From: a virus
Taxonomy: Duplodnaviria; Caudoviricetes
Virus record (IMG/VR): IMGVR_UViG_3300037465_000599
Span: 1-24,575 of that record
Direction: 5' to 3' (one strand)
DNA length: 24,575 nucleotides
Positions 7,635 through 15,222 of this stretch are shown here, piece after piece. Below the pieces are notes generated by a model, which saw only the letters and a list, made by a program, of their open reading frames with translations, was not told the DNA's origin and made no database searches. Each line of letters begins with the position of its first letter. Positions within the stretch are counted from its first letter, which is position 1. Position numbers and translations under genes: made by a program.

Positions 7635-8152
7635 GCGCAGCGGTTCAGCTTGGCGACGCTCACACGCAAGACCAGCCCTGCCTGGGCGACACCCTGGTGC
7701 GCCTGCGCGTGGCCTGGGACTGGTCGCAGCGCGAGCTCGCTCTGCGGTCGGAGGTCGGCTACACGACGCTGCGGCGCGCTGAGGCAGGCGGCGGCCTGTC
7801 GCGTCGCGCGCGGGGTCGCCTCGAGCAGGCGCTCCGGGTGCCGAGCGGCTCGCTGCGTAACTTGCCCGCAGGCCGCACCGCGATGCGCATGCACGCGCAC
7901 AGCCACACTCCTGAGGCGGCCAACGACTTCGCCCCCGCAGGCGCACCCGGCTCTGCGACGTGGCACGAGCTGAGCTGGGAGGACGACCCCTGGGCGCAGC
8001 AGTTCGTCCGCGAGCATCCCGACGGCGCCGAGTTTCACGAGATCGGCGAGGCCTTCGGGCGCACCAAGCAGTGGGCGGCCATGGAGCTCGAGTCGGCGCT
8101 CACCAAGCTGCGTGCGCTCGGGACCTTCGAAGACGTGGAGGAGTGGCTGTGA
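7631..8152 (+). CDS. Two-HTH regulator: N-terminal XRE HTH plus C-terminal sigma70 region-4-like HTH
   Basis: LGDTLVRLRVAWDWSQRELALRSEVGYTTLRRAEAG and PDGAEFHEIGEAFGRTKQWAAMELESALTKLR; ATGA overlap with the BRO gene. Confidence 0.72.
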   Translation: MSAAVQLGDAHTQDQPCLGDTLVRLRVAWDWSQRELALRSEVGYTTLRRAEAGGGLSRRARGRLEQALRVPSGSLRNLPAGRTAMRMHAHSHTPEAANDFAPAGAPGSATWHELSWEDDPWAQQFVREHPDGAEFHEIGEAFGRTKQWAAMELESALTKLRALGTFEDVEEWL

Positions 8153-8799
8153 TCGAAGCGCTGGACGAGATCTTCGAGCGGCTCGCCGACCTTGAGCACG
8201 TCGAGTCCCGGCAGCTGCGGCTGTTCACGATCGCCGAGGTGGACGCAGATGGGCTTCGCGTACGCTATCGGTACGAAGGCGGCGAGTCGAGCGCGTGGCA
8301 CCCATGGGCCAGCGTCAGCAGTCGCAGCCATCACCCGCCTGTCGTGGGCGAGACGTGCCTGGTCGTCATGCAGCACGGCAATCCCGAGCTCTCGGTCGCG
8401 CTGTGCGGCGTGCGGTACGAGGCGGGCAAGGACGGGCGCGGGGCGGACTGCAAGGGCGACGCAGACGTGCTGCAGGGGGCGTACAGGTACGACCGGGACT
8501 CGGGTGTGCTGACGCTCGGGACGAGCTCGCCCACGGCAGAGACGATGCCGGTTGCTGGTGTGCCACCGCTGCGCAAGGAGCTCGATGCGGTGTGGGAGGC
8601 GATCTCGCAGGTGCGGGACGCGCTGGCCGGGCACACGCATCTTGTGTCGCCGGTGACGGGGCTCGTGGCGCCGACGGGAGGTGGGCAGGTGACGGGGACG
8701 CTCAACGTGCCGGCGCCGCTTGGCATCAGCCCAGTGGTGAAAGCGGCCGAGGACCTCGAGCCTACAGGCGGCCTCGTGCGAGTTCCGCGCGAAAGGTGA
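8149..8799 (+). CDS. Phage baseplate assembly protein V (central spike)
   Basis: OB-fold pattern TIAEVD..RVRY..SAWHPW..PPVVGETCLVV..GNPELSVALCGV, then YRYDRDSGVLTL and a GHTH (HxH) tip motif; GTGA overlap with the upstream regulator. Confidence 0.8.
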   Translation: MIEALDEIFERLADLEHVESRQLRLFTIAEVDADGLRVRYRYEGGESSAWHPWASVSSRSHHPPVVGETCLVVMQHGNPELSVALCGVRYEAGKDGRGADCKGDADVLQGAYRYDRDSGVLTLGTSSPTAETMPVAGVPPLRKELDAVWEAISQVRDALAGHTHLVSPVTGLVAPTGGGQVTGTLNVPAPLGISPVVKAAEDLEPTGGLVRVPRER

Positions 8800-8994
8800 C
8801 GCGACCACCGCAGGGAGCGGGGAGCGAGGAACAACGGAACGCAATCCGGTCAGACTCCCAGGTGCCACGCGGGCCCAAGAACCCCCTCCTCCACTCCCCG
8901 CTGCACGCCAAAAGGAGGGTGACCCTGCCCTGACGGCTCGCAGGCGTTGAGGTAGGGTTCCGGTGCGGATCCGAACCGCAAGCACGAGGGCTCC

Positions 8995-9573
8995 ATGACT
9001 GGCTCAGACACCAACAACCACTCCGTACGACTTGAGCCTTGCAGGGGCGATGTACCGCGAGCGTTCTACGCGCAGCTAGGGCCGATACTGCTCTATTTCG
9101 CGCTGCTGGTGGTGGGCGGTCTGGTCTCTGCCACGGTCTCCGTCTTGGACGGGGAATCGCCTTCGAACATAGGCCTGATCATGGTCGTGATGGGGGCCGT
9201 CTTCGTAGCCTCCTTCATCGTTTCCCTGCGCGCGAATGCGAAGGTCGGACCCGTCACCCTTACGTTCAATGCGGAAACGGTTTCTTCCAAGTCTGACGCT
9301 GCCGAAGTGACGCTGCGATGGGACGCGGTGACAAAGGTCGTCGAGCGCGCCGGCGTCCTACTGCTTCAGGGGAACAACATTCGGTTCGTGCTTCCGATCT
9401 ATCGCCTCGACGCACAAACACTCAGCGCCATCGACGCCAACGTCTCGCGCTACGGCCTACGCGAAACCGCCAAGCGCGACCGCAGAAAGGGCTGGCTGCG
9501 CATTGTGCTTCTGTGGGCATTGCTCCTGATCATGTTCACCTTCGTCTACCACCTCATCGCACCGTCGCCCTGA
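8995..9573 (+). CDS. YcxB-like membrane protein (probable moron)
   Basis: Two TM helices, then VTLTFNAETVSSKSDAAEVTLRWDAVTKVVERAGVLLL..FVLPIYRL (YcxB-like), then a C-terminal TM; GAGGG RBS; flanked by non-coding gaps. Confidence 0.72.
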   Translation: MTGSDTNNHSVRLEPCRGDVPRAFYAQLGPILLYFALLVVGGLVSATVSVLDGESPSNIGLIMVVMGAVFVASFIVSLRANAKVGPVTLTFNAETVSSKSDAAEVTLRWDAVTKVVERAGVLLLQGNNIRFVLPIYRLDAQTLSAIDANVSRYGLRETAKRDRRKGWLRIVLLWALLLIMFTFVYHLIAPSP

Positions 9574-9825
9574 ACAGCGCCCCTTGAGTGCGTCCGATGT
9601 GGTGCACCAAGGCTGCGCCAGGGAGGGAAGCGACCCCTTGAGCGCACTGGAGCGCACCCGCCCCACGCGACGCTCCCAGCACCACGACAGGACCTCGCAG
9701 GTGAGCAACACGAAGCCCCACACAGCGAACGGTCGCAAGGTCACGAGCCTGCCGTACATTGGACACCCAAATAGCAGCTTACGATGCCCCACGAAAGACA
9801 CACCCGTAAGACCCTGATATCACAC

Positions 9826-9870
9826 GGGTCCTTCCCCGGCACCCCACCCATAAGGGTGGGACGGATCGCC
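9826..9870 (+). other. Putative cos packaging site (lambda cosQ-like GGGTCCT followed by a cosN-like segment)
   Basis: GGGTCCT at 9826-9832, then GGTGGGACGGAT-CGCC about 22 nt later; about 140 nt upstream of a Nu1/GpA-type terminase pair. Confidence 0.6.
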
Positions 9871-9967
9871 TCTTTTGGCCAGAGACTGGGCAATGCCGAC
9901 TTGCGAGTGAGCAGGTCGAAGTGGGCGCTTTCTGAAACACGCTGCTCTGCGGGTGTAGCTTGCGCTC

Positions 9968-10495
9968 ATGACCGGCGATCACTACTCACTGACACGTCTC
10001 GCACAGCAGGTTGGCCTGTCGAAAGGGGAGCTTGAACACGCACTGCGCCTGGGCGCGGTTCCAGCCACTGCGCTCACGACCACGGCAGGCGGACATCGCA
10101 AAGTTCGAGACTTCGATGCCGCCCTTTCGGCGCTAAAGGCCTATACGGGTCAAGCTAGCGGGCCAGCACGCACCAAGGAGCGCGGCACGATCGACTATGC
10201 CGAAGCCCGGGCACGCAAGGAGCACTTCGGCGCCCTGAGGGAGGAAGCGCGATATCTGCGTGAGATGGGCGAGCTGGTGGAGCGCGCAGAGGTCGAGCGC
10301 GTCGTGGTGGGCCAGCTGACGGTGCTCAAGGACCGGCTGTTGGACCTGCCGGCACGCCTTGGTGCCGAGCTTGCCGCCATCGAGGACCCCCACGCCGTAC
10401 ACATCACGCTCGAAGCCGCGATACGCGAGGCCATCGCTGATGTACGCATCCGCATCGCCGACAGCGACATGGGAGCGGCTATCCATGGCGAATAG
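9968..10495 (+). CDS. Terminase small subunit (lambda Nu1-like)
   Basis: N-terminal HTH, DYAEARARKEHF..GELVERAEV..LKDRLLDLPARLGAEL; overlaps terL. Confidence 0.85.
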   Translation: MTGDHYSLTRLAQQVGLSKGELEHALRLGAVPATALTTTAGGHRKVRDFDAALSALKAYTGQASGPARTKERGTIDYAEARARKEHFGALREEARYLREMGELVERAEVERVVVGQLTVLKDRLLDLPARLGAELAAIEDPHAVHITLEAAIREAIADVRIRIADSDMGAAIHGE

Positions 10496-12362
10496 GTCCA
10501 TCAGCGGGCTGGCTGCCGAAGCCTTGTCGCTCGACCAGAAGCTCACCGTGAGCGAGTGGGCCGACCTGCACCGCGTGCTGAGCACCAAGGCCGCTGCGGA
10601 GCCCGGTCGCTGGCGTACGAGCCGCACGCCCTACCTGCGTGAGATCCTGGACGCGCTGTCGCCCGACTCGCCCGTCACGGACATCTGGACGATCAAGGGG
10701 GCCCAGCTCGGCTTCACCGAGTGCGGGATCAACTGGGTGGGGTACGTCATCGATCACGCGCCCGGTCCGATGCTGTTCGTGCAGCCGACCGTTGACATGG
10801 CGAATCGTGCGGTGCGTCAGCGGATCGACCCGCTCATCGACGACACGCCCCAAGTCGCTCGCAAGGTGGGGCCGAAGCGCGCGAAGGACGGCGGCAACAG
10901 CCTGTCCGAGAAGCACTTCCCCGGCGGCGTGATCGTGATGGCCGGGGCGAACAGCGCGGCAGGGCTGCGCTCGATGCCGGTGCGGTATCTGTTCCTCGAC
11001 GAGGTGGACGCCTATCCCGGTGACCTCGACGGCGAGGGAGACCCCGTCGCGCTCGCGCATGCCCGCACGCGCACGTTCCGCCGAGCCAAGCGCCTACACG
11101 TCTCGACGCCCACCGTGCGCGGCGCTTCGCGGATCGAGGCCGGCTTTCTGCAAACCGACCAGCGGCGCTACTTCGTGCCGTGCCCGCACTGCGGCGAGTT
11201 TCAGCTGATCGACTGGAAGCGCATCCGCTGGGACCGAGACAACCTGAAGGCCCCGGCGTGGCTCGAGTGCGTGGCGAACGGTTGCGTGATCGCAGAGCGC
11301 CACAAGCCCCGCATGCTCGGCGCGGGTGAGTGGCGCCCCACGGCGGAGACGCTGGAGGGTGTCGGCGCCAACGTGCGCGGATACCACATCAGCTCGCTCT
11401 ACTCGCCGCTTGGCTGGTACTCGTGGACGAACGCACGGGACGACTTCCTCGAAGTCAAAGACGACCCGGCACGCCTCAAGACCTGGACGAACACGGTGCT
11501 CGGGGAGACGTGGGTCGAACGGGGCGATGCACCGCCCTGGCGGCGCCTGTACGCCCGGCGCGAGCCGTATCCGATGGGCAGCGTGCCCGAAGGTGGACGC
11601 GTCCTCACGGCCGGCGCAGACGTGCAGAAGGACCGCATCGAGGTCGAGGTGCGCGCGTGGGGGCCGCGCATGGAGTCGTGGTCGATCGACTATCGCGTGT
11701 TCGATGGCGACACTGCCGACGTCGATGGCCCGAACAGCCCGTGGGCGAGGCTGAGCGCGCTGCTGTCCGAGAGCTTCTCCAGCGAGTCGGGTACGCCACT
11801 CCAGGTTCGCATGTTGGCCGTCGACTCGGGGTTTCAAACTCAGGCTGTCTATCACTGGGCACGAAGCAAGCCCCAGGACCGCGTGGCCGTCGTGAAGGGC
11901 ACGTCGAACGGGCAGGCCATCGTGCAGATGCCTCGCTACGTGGATGTGACGTGGGCGGGCAAGCGCATTCGCCGCGGCATGCGGGTGTGGTCGGTTGGCG
12001 TCGACATCGCGAAGGGCGAGCTCTACGGCTGGCTGCGTACCGAGGAGCCCAGCGACAGCGAGCAGAAGCCCGTCGGGTGGCTGCACTTTCCCGAGTACGG
12101 CGAGGAGTACTTTCGGCAGCTGACGGCGGAGGAGCTGGTGTCGCGGCCGAAGCGCACTGGGCACCTGCACTTCGAGTGGGTGAAGCGGCGGGAGCGCAAC
12201 GAGGCGCTCGACTGTGCGGTGTACGCGCGGGCCGCAGCGGCAATTGTGGGGGTGGATCGCATGGTCGACGCAGACCGCCACTCCCTGCTTGCTCGACGAC
12301 CTGGCTCTCAGCCGACCCCAGGACGAAGACACTCCATCTGGACACCCCCAACGGACCACTGA
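10485..12362 (+). CDS. Terminase large subunit (lambda GpA family)
   Basis: LTVSEWAD, RTPYLREILD, KGAQLGFTE, YLFLDEVD, STPT, CPHCG, GADVQ, RNEALDCAVYA; start ATG 10485. Confidence 0.96.
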   Translation: MANRSISGLAAEALSLDQKLTVSEWADLHRVLSTKAAAEPGRWRTSRTPYLREILDALSPDSPVTDIWTIKGAQLGFTECGINWVGYVIDHAPGPMLFVQPTVDMANRAVRQRIDPLIDDTPQVARKVGPKRAKDGGNSLSEKHFPGGVIVMAGANSAAGLRSMPVRYLFLDEVDAYPGDLDGEGDPVALAHARTRTFRRAKRLHVSTPTVRGASRIEAGFLQTDQRRYFVPCPHCGEFQLIDWKRIRWDRDNLKAPAWLECVANGCVIAERHKPRMLGAGEWRPTAETLEGVGANVRGYHISSLYSPLGWYSWTNARDDFLEVKDDPARLKTWTNTVLGETWVERGDAPPWRRLYARREPYPMGSVPEGGRVLTAGADVQKDRIEVEVRAWGPRMESWSIDYRVFDGDTADVDGPNSPWARLSALLSESFSSESGTPLQVRMLAVDSGFQTQAVYHWARSKPQDRVAVVKGTSNGQAIVQMPRYVDVTWAGKRIRRGMRVWSVGVDIAKGELYGWLRTEEPSDSEQKPVGWLHFPEYGEEYFRQLTAEELVSRPKRTGHLHFEWVKRRERNEALDCAVYARAAAAIVGVDRMVDADRHSLLARRPGSQPTPGRRHSIWTPPTDH

Positions 12363-13137
12363 GTCGATCAGGAACGCAAGAGGCAGAACATGGAATCACA
12401 CGACAACTCATCGATCATGCCCTTCTCATTCGACGGCGCTAGCATCCGCGTCACTTGCGACGAGCAGGGAGAGCCGTGGTTCGTCGCCAAGGATGTGGCG
12501 GAGGCTCTGGGCTACAGCTGGAACGGCAGCGCCAGAATCGCCCACGTCCCGGAACGCTGGAGGGGGGTCACATCCGTTGTGACCCCTTCTGGCGTCCAGC
12601 AAATGCCAACGCTATCGGAGCATGGCCTCTACTTCTTCCTCGGCCGCAGCGACAAGCCGGCCGCTCGCACGTTTCAGGAGTGGCTCGCGGGAGAGGTTCT
12701 CCCGTCCATTCGCAGAACCGGTCGCTACGCCGTGCCGCGTGCACAGCCCGTGGTCTCACGCTTGCGGGTCGCGTCCGATCAGCTCGAAAGCATCGTGCGA
12801 TCCCTGGACCTGACCGCCGAGGCTGTCCGCCGCGTACCCGGCGTCCGGCCTGAGATCGCCGCTGCTGCGACGCTGCACTGCATCGAGGAGACCACAGGCT
12901 TGATCGTCGAACCGCTACGCCGAGCATTGCCCGCCCACTGCACCCCGCTCGCCAGCATGAACCCCACACAGGTCGGTTCCGAGATCGGCATGACCGCTCG
13001 AGAGGCGAACCGCTGCCTTGCCCTGCTCGGGCTCCAGTTCAGGAACGCACGCAACGAGTGGGAGCTGAGCGAATGTGGAAAGAAGCATGCGGACGCCCTG
13101 CCATACGCGAATGGTCGCCACGCCGGCTACCAGATTC

Positions 13138-14882
13138 GGGTGTGGCTCTTCCCCGGCAGTAAGGAATCGTCAAGAATTCGATCACTTGATTCGTCGGAGG
13201 TGACGCTTTCGCGAGGATAGCTGGGGAAGCGGGTCAGGAATCATACGGTCGGCGTAGCGAGCAGCATGGTTTCGGTCTTTCTCGCGCGCGAGGTGGAAGT
13301 GCCAGTAGTCATCGAAATCGTCCGATGCACGCAAGGCTCGCAGCCGTAGGACAGCCTCAGCGCCTTCGAGAGACCAGCGCGCGCCGGTACGGTCCATTCT
13401 GTCTTTCACGAGGTAGCGGCATGCGCCCTCGATCACTCCGGTTGCGATGGGAAGTCCGTCGTGCAGCGCATCCGCATATCGCATGAGTCGGGTTCGGCTT
13501 CGATTGGCAAGGTAGCGGCAAGCCCTCTTGATCGCCTTGCGCCCGGCTGCATCGAGCTGCTCGCTGCGAGTCGCGGCCCAGTCGCGAATGGTGCTTGCCA
13601 CGTAGCCGCCACTGCGGCCCGTCAACAGGGAGAGCAGTCGGTCGCCCACCCAGCTCTCCGTCTCGGACGTGCTGCCGCCAAAGAGCGCGCGACCAGCGAG
13701 CCACAGGTATTCGAGCACATGGACGATGTCGAGGATGATCGTGACTTCGACGCCGGCGCGCTTCGCCTCGGCTTTGACCGCCTTAAGCTGCTTGGGTTCT
13801 CCATCGACGAGCACAACCCAGCGGCGCTTTCGCTCCGGGTCACGACGAAGAGCTTCCTCGAAAATCTGACGGATGACCATGCGAGGATGCTTCTCGACGC
13901 TTGCCCAAACGCGCTTGTCGCGAGGTCGCGGGCGCTTCTTGTTCGTGTCCTCGTCACGCAGCGTGTGCAGCACGTCGGCAGCCGTACGCTGCCATGGTTC
14001 GAGCGTGTATACGGTGCCAACCTGCGCCATTCGCTTGCGGTCAGCTTTCTCGCCAGGCGAGAGACGCGTCTCGAGCTTCTGCGTGCTGCGCTCTGCAGCC
14101 AGACGCGTTGCCTCGCGAAGGTCGCGGTGGAGCATCACGATGCCCTTGGCATCGGTGCTCAGCACCAACAGGTCACCCGTCGCCTCTCGCTCGAGCTTGT
14201 CCAGTTCGTAGAACGCGTCGAAGTCTTGCGCCGCACGGGCTGCCAGTTCTTCGAGCTGACGCTTGCCGATCTTCGCTCCGCTGTGGTCAACGAGCAGTTC
14301 CTCGACCTCGCCGTAGGAGGCCCGCGCGATCTCTTTGGCCACCACCAGACGCACGCCGTGCGAGTAGTGATCGGGCGGAAGATTCAAGACCGCGTCCAGC
14401 GGCGCGAGACCCTCGCGCCCAGGCGCCTGATACAGAAGCCGGCGGACTTCGACCTCGCCGAACACAGTCTCAAGACCGCGCTCCTTCGGCCGCTTTTGCG
14501 AGCGCTCCTCACCCTCTGCGTCGCGAACCAGCACGGGGCGCTCCGCGGCCCCTCGAAGCTCGAGGTGCTCCTGAAACATCAGGCGCAGCAGCTCCCGGCC
14601 CTCGACATCGAGCCACCTTTCCACCTCGCCATGTTCCGCTCGCAGCGTGCCCGCATTCGAAAGATGCTCGTACATCGCTCGAGCCCGAGCCGTTGCCCGC
14701 GCAAAGGGTTCCTCGGGCGAATCCAGGGTCGTGTATGCTGCACTCATCGAAGGGGCTCCCCTTGCTCAAGGTTGTTTGGTTCGCACCTCAACCCTACCGG
14801 CAAAGAGCCCCTTCGACCTATCCTCGCGCACGCAAATGCTCAGAATTACAGCGTTTTGCGCTGACCCAAAAGATCCACACCC
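13138..14882 (-). mobile_element. ISKra4-family insertion sequence, 1745 bp
   Basis: Terminal IRs GGGTGTGGCTCTTCCCCGGCAG / GGGTGTGGATCTTTTGGGTCAG; 9-bp direct repeat ACCAGATTC at 13129-13137 and 14883-14891. Confidence 0.93.
13182..14747 (-). CDS. ISKra4-family DDE transposase
   Basis: STDAKG, LVDGE, LDIVHVLEYLW, GLPIATGVIEGACRYLVKDRMDRTGARWSLEGAEAVLRLRA; intact 521 aa. Confidence 0.93.
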   Translation of the reverse strand: MSAAYTTLDSPEEPFARATARARAMYEHLSNAGTLRAEHGEVERWLDVEGRELLRLMFQEHLELRGAAERPVLVRDAEGEERSQKRPKERGLETVFGEVEVRRLLYQAPGREGLAPLDAVLNLPPDHYSHGVRLVVAKEIARASYGEVEELLVDHSGAKIGKRQLEELAARAAQDFDAFYELDKLEREATGDLLVLSTDAKGIVMLHRDLREATRLAAERSTQKLETRLSPGEKADRKRMAQVGTVYTLEPWQRTAADVLHTLRDEDTNKKRPRPRDKRVWASVEKHPRMVIRQIFEEALRRDPERKRRWVVLVDGEPKQLKAVKAEAKRAGVEVTIILDIVHVLEYLWLAGRALFGGSTSETESWVGDRLLSLLTGRSGGYVASTIRDWAATRSEQLDAAGRKAIKRACRYLANRSRTRLMRYADALHDGLPIATGVIEGACRYLVKDRMDRTGARWSLEGAEAVLRLRALRASDDFDDYWHFHLAREKDRNHAARYADRMIPDPLPQLSSRKRHLRRIK

Positions 14883-15000
14883 ACCAGATTCTCTGGAAGC
14901 GCTCGGTCCTTGCCCTGCTAGAGCCGACCACGCTGTCTGCCTGAAGAGAAAACTGGGCGCTTTCTGAACCATCGGACTGAGCTCTCTTACTGTCCGGGGC

Positions 15001-15222
15001 GTGCCACTCACGCGAGCACAACTCGTCGCGCGCATCGACGCGCTGCAGGAAGCCATCGACCAGGGCGTCTCGTCTGTCTCCTACGACGGGCGACAGGTTC
15101 AGTACCGCTCGCTCGACCAGCTGAGCCGCGTGCTGCGCAATCTCGAGACCCGGCTTGCTGAGGTAGATGGGCAGGCCGTCGACTCGGGGCGCCGCTACGC
15201 CCTCTTCGTGAGGGGCTACTGA
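15001..15222 (+). CDS. Head-tail joining protein (lambda gpW-like)
   Basis: 73 aa, IDALQEAIDQGVSSVSYDGRQVQYRSLDQL; sits between terL and portal. Confidence 0.88.
   Translation: MPLTRAQLVARIDALQEAIDQGVSSVSYDGRQVQYRSLDQLSRVLRNLETRLAEVDGQAVDSGRRYALFVRGY

Larger units (their letters stand above)
12390..14944 (+). pseudogene. BRO-N antirepressor-like gene split by an ISKra4 element (segments 12390-13137 and 14892-14944)
   Basis: BRO-N: FSFDGASIR..PWFVAKDVAEALGY..SEHGLYFFLGRSDKPAARTFQEWLAGEVLPSIRRTGRY. Removing the IS and one target copy restores ..GRHAGYQILWKRSVLALLEPTTLSA* (266 aa). Confidence 0.9.

Noticed and set aside
12363-12372. GTCGATCAGG is the reverse complement of CCTGATCGAC at 24380-24389, suggesting paired element ends
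   Set aside because: Only 10 bp of a common GC-rich word, no target duplication, and the enclosed genes are in normal phage order.
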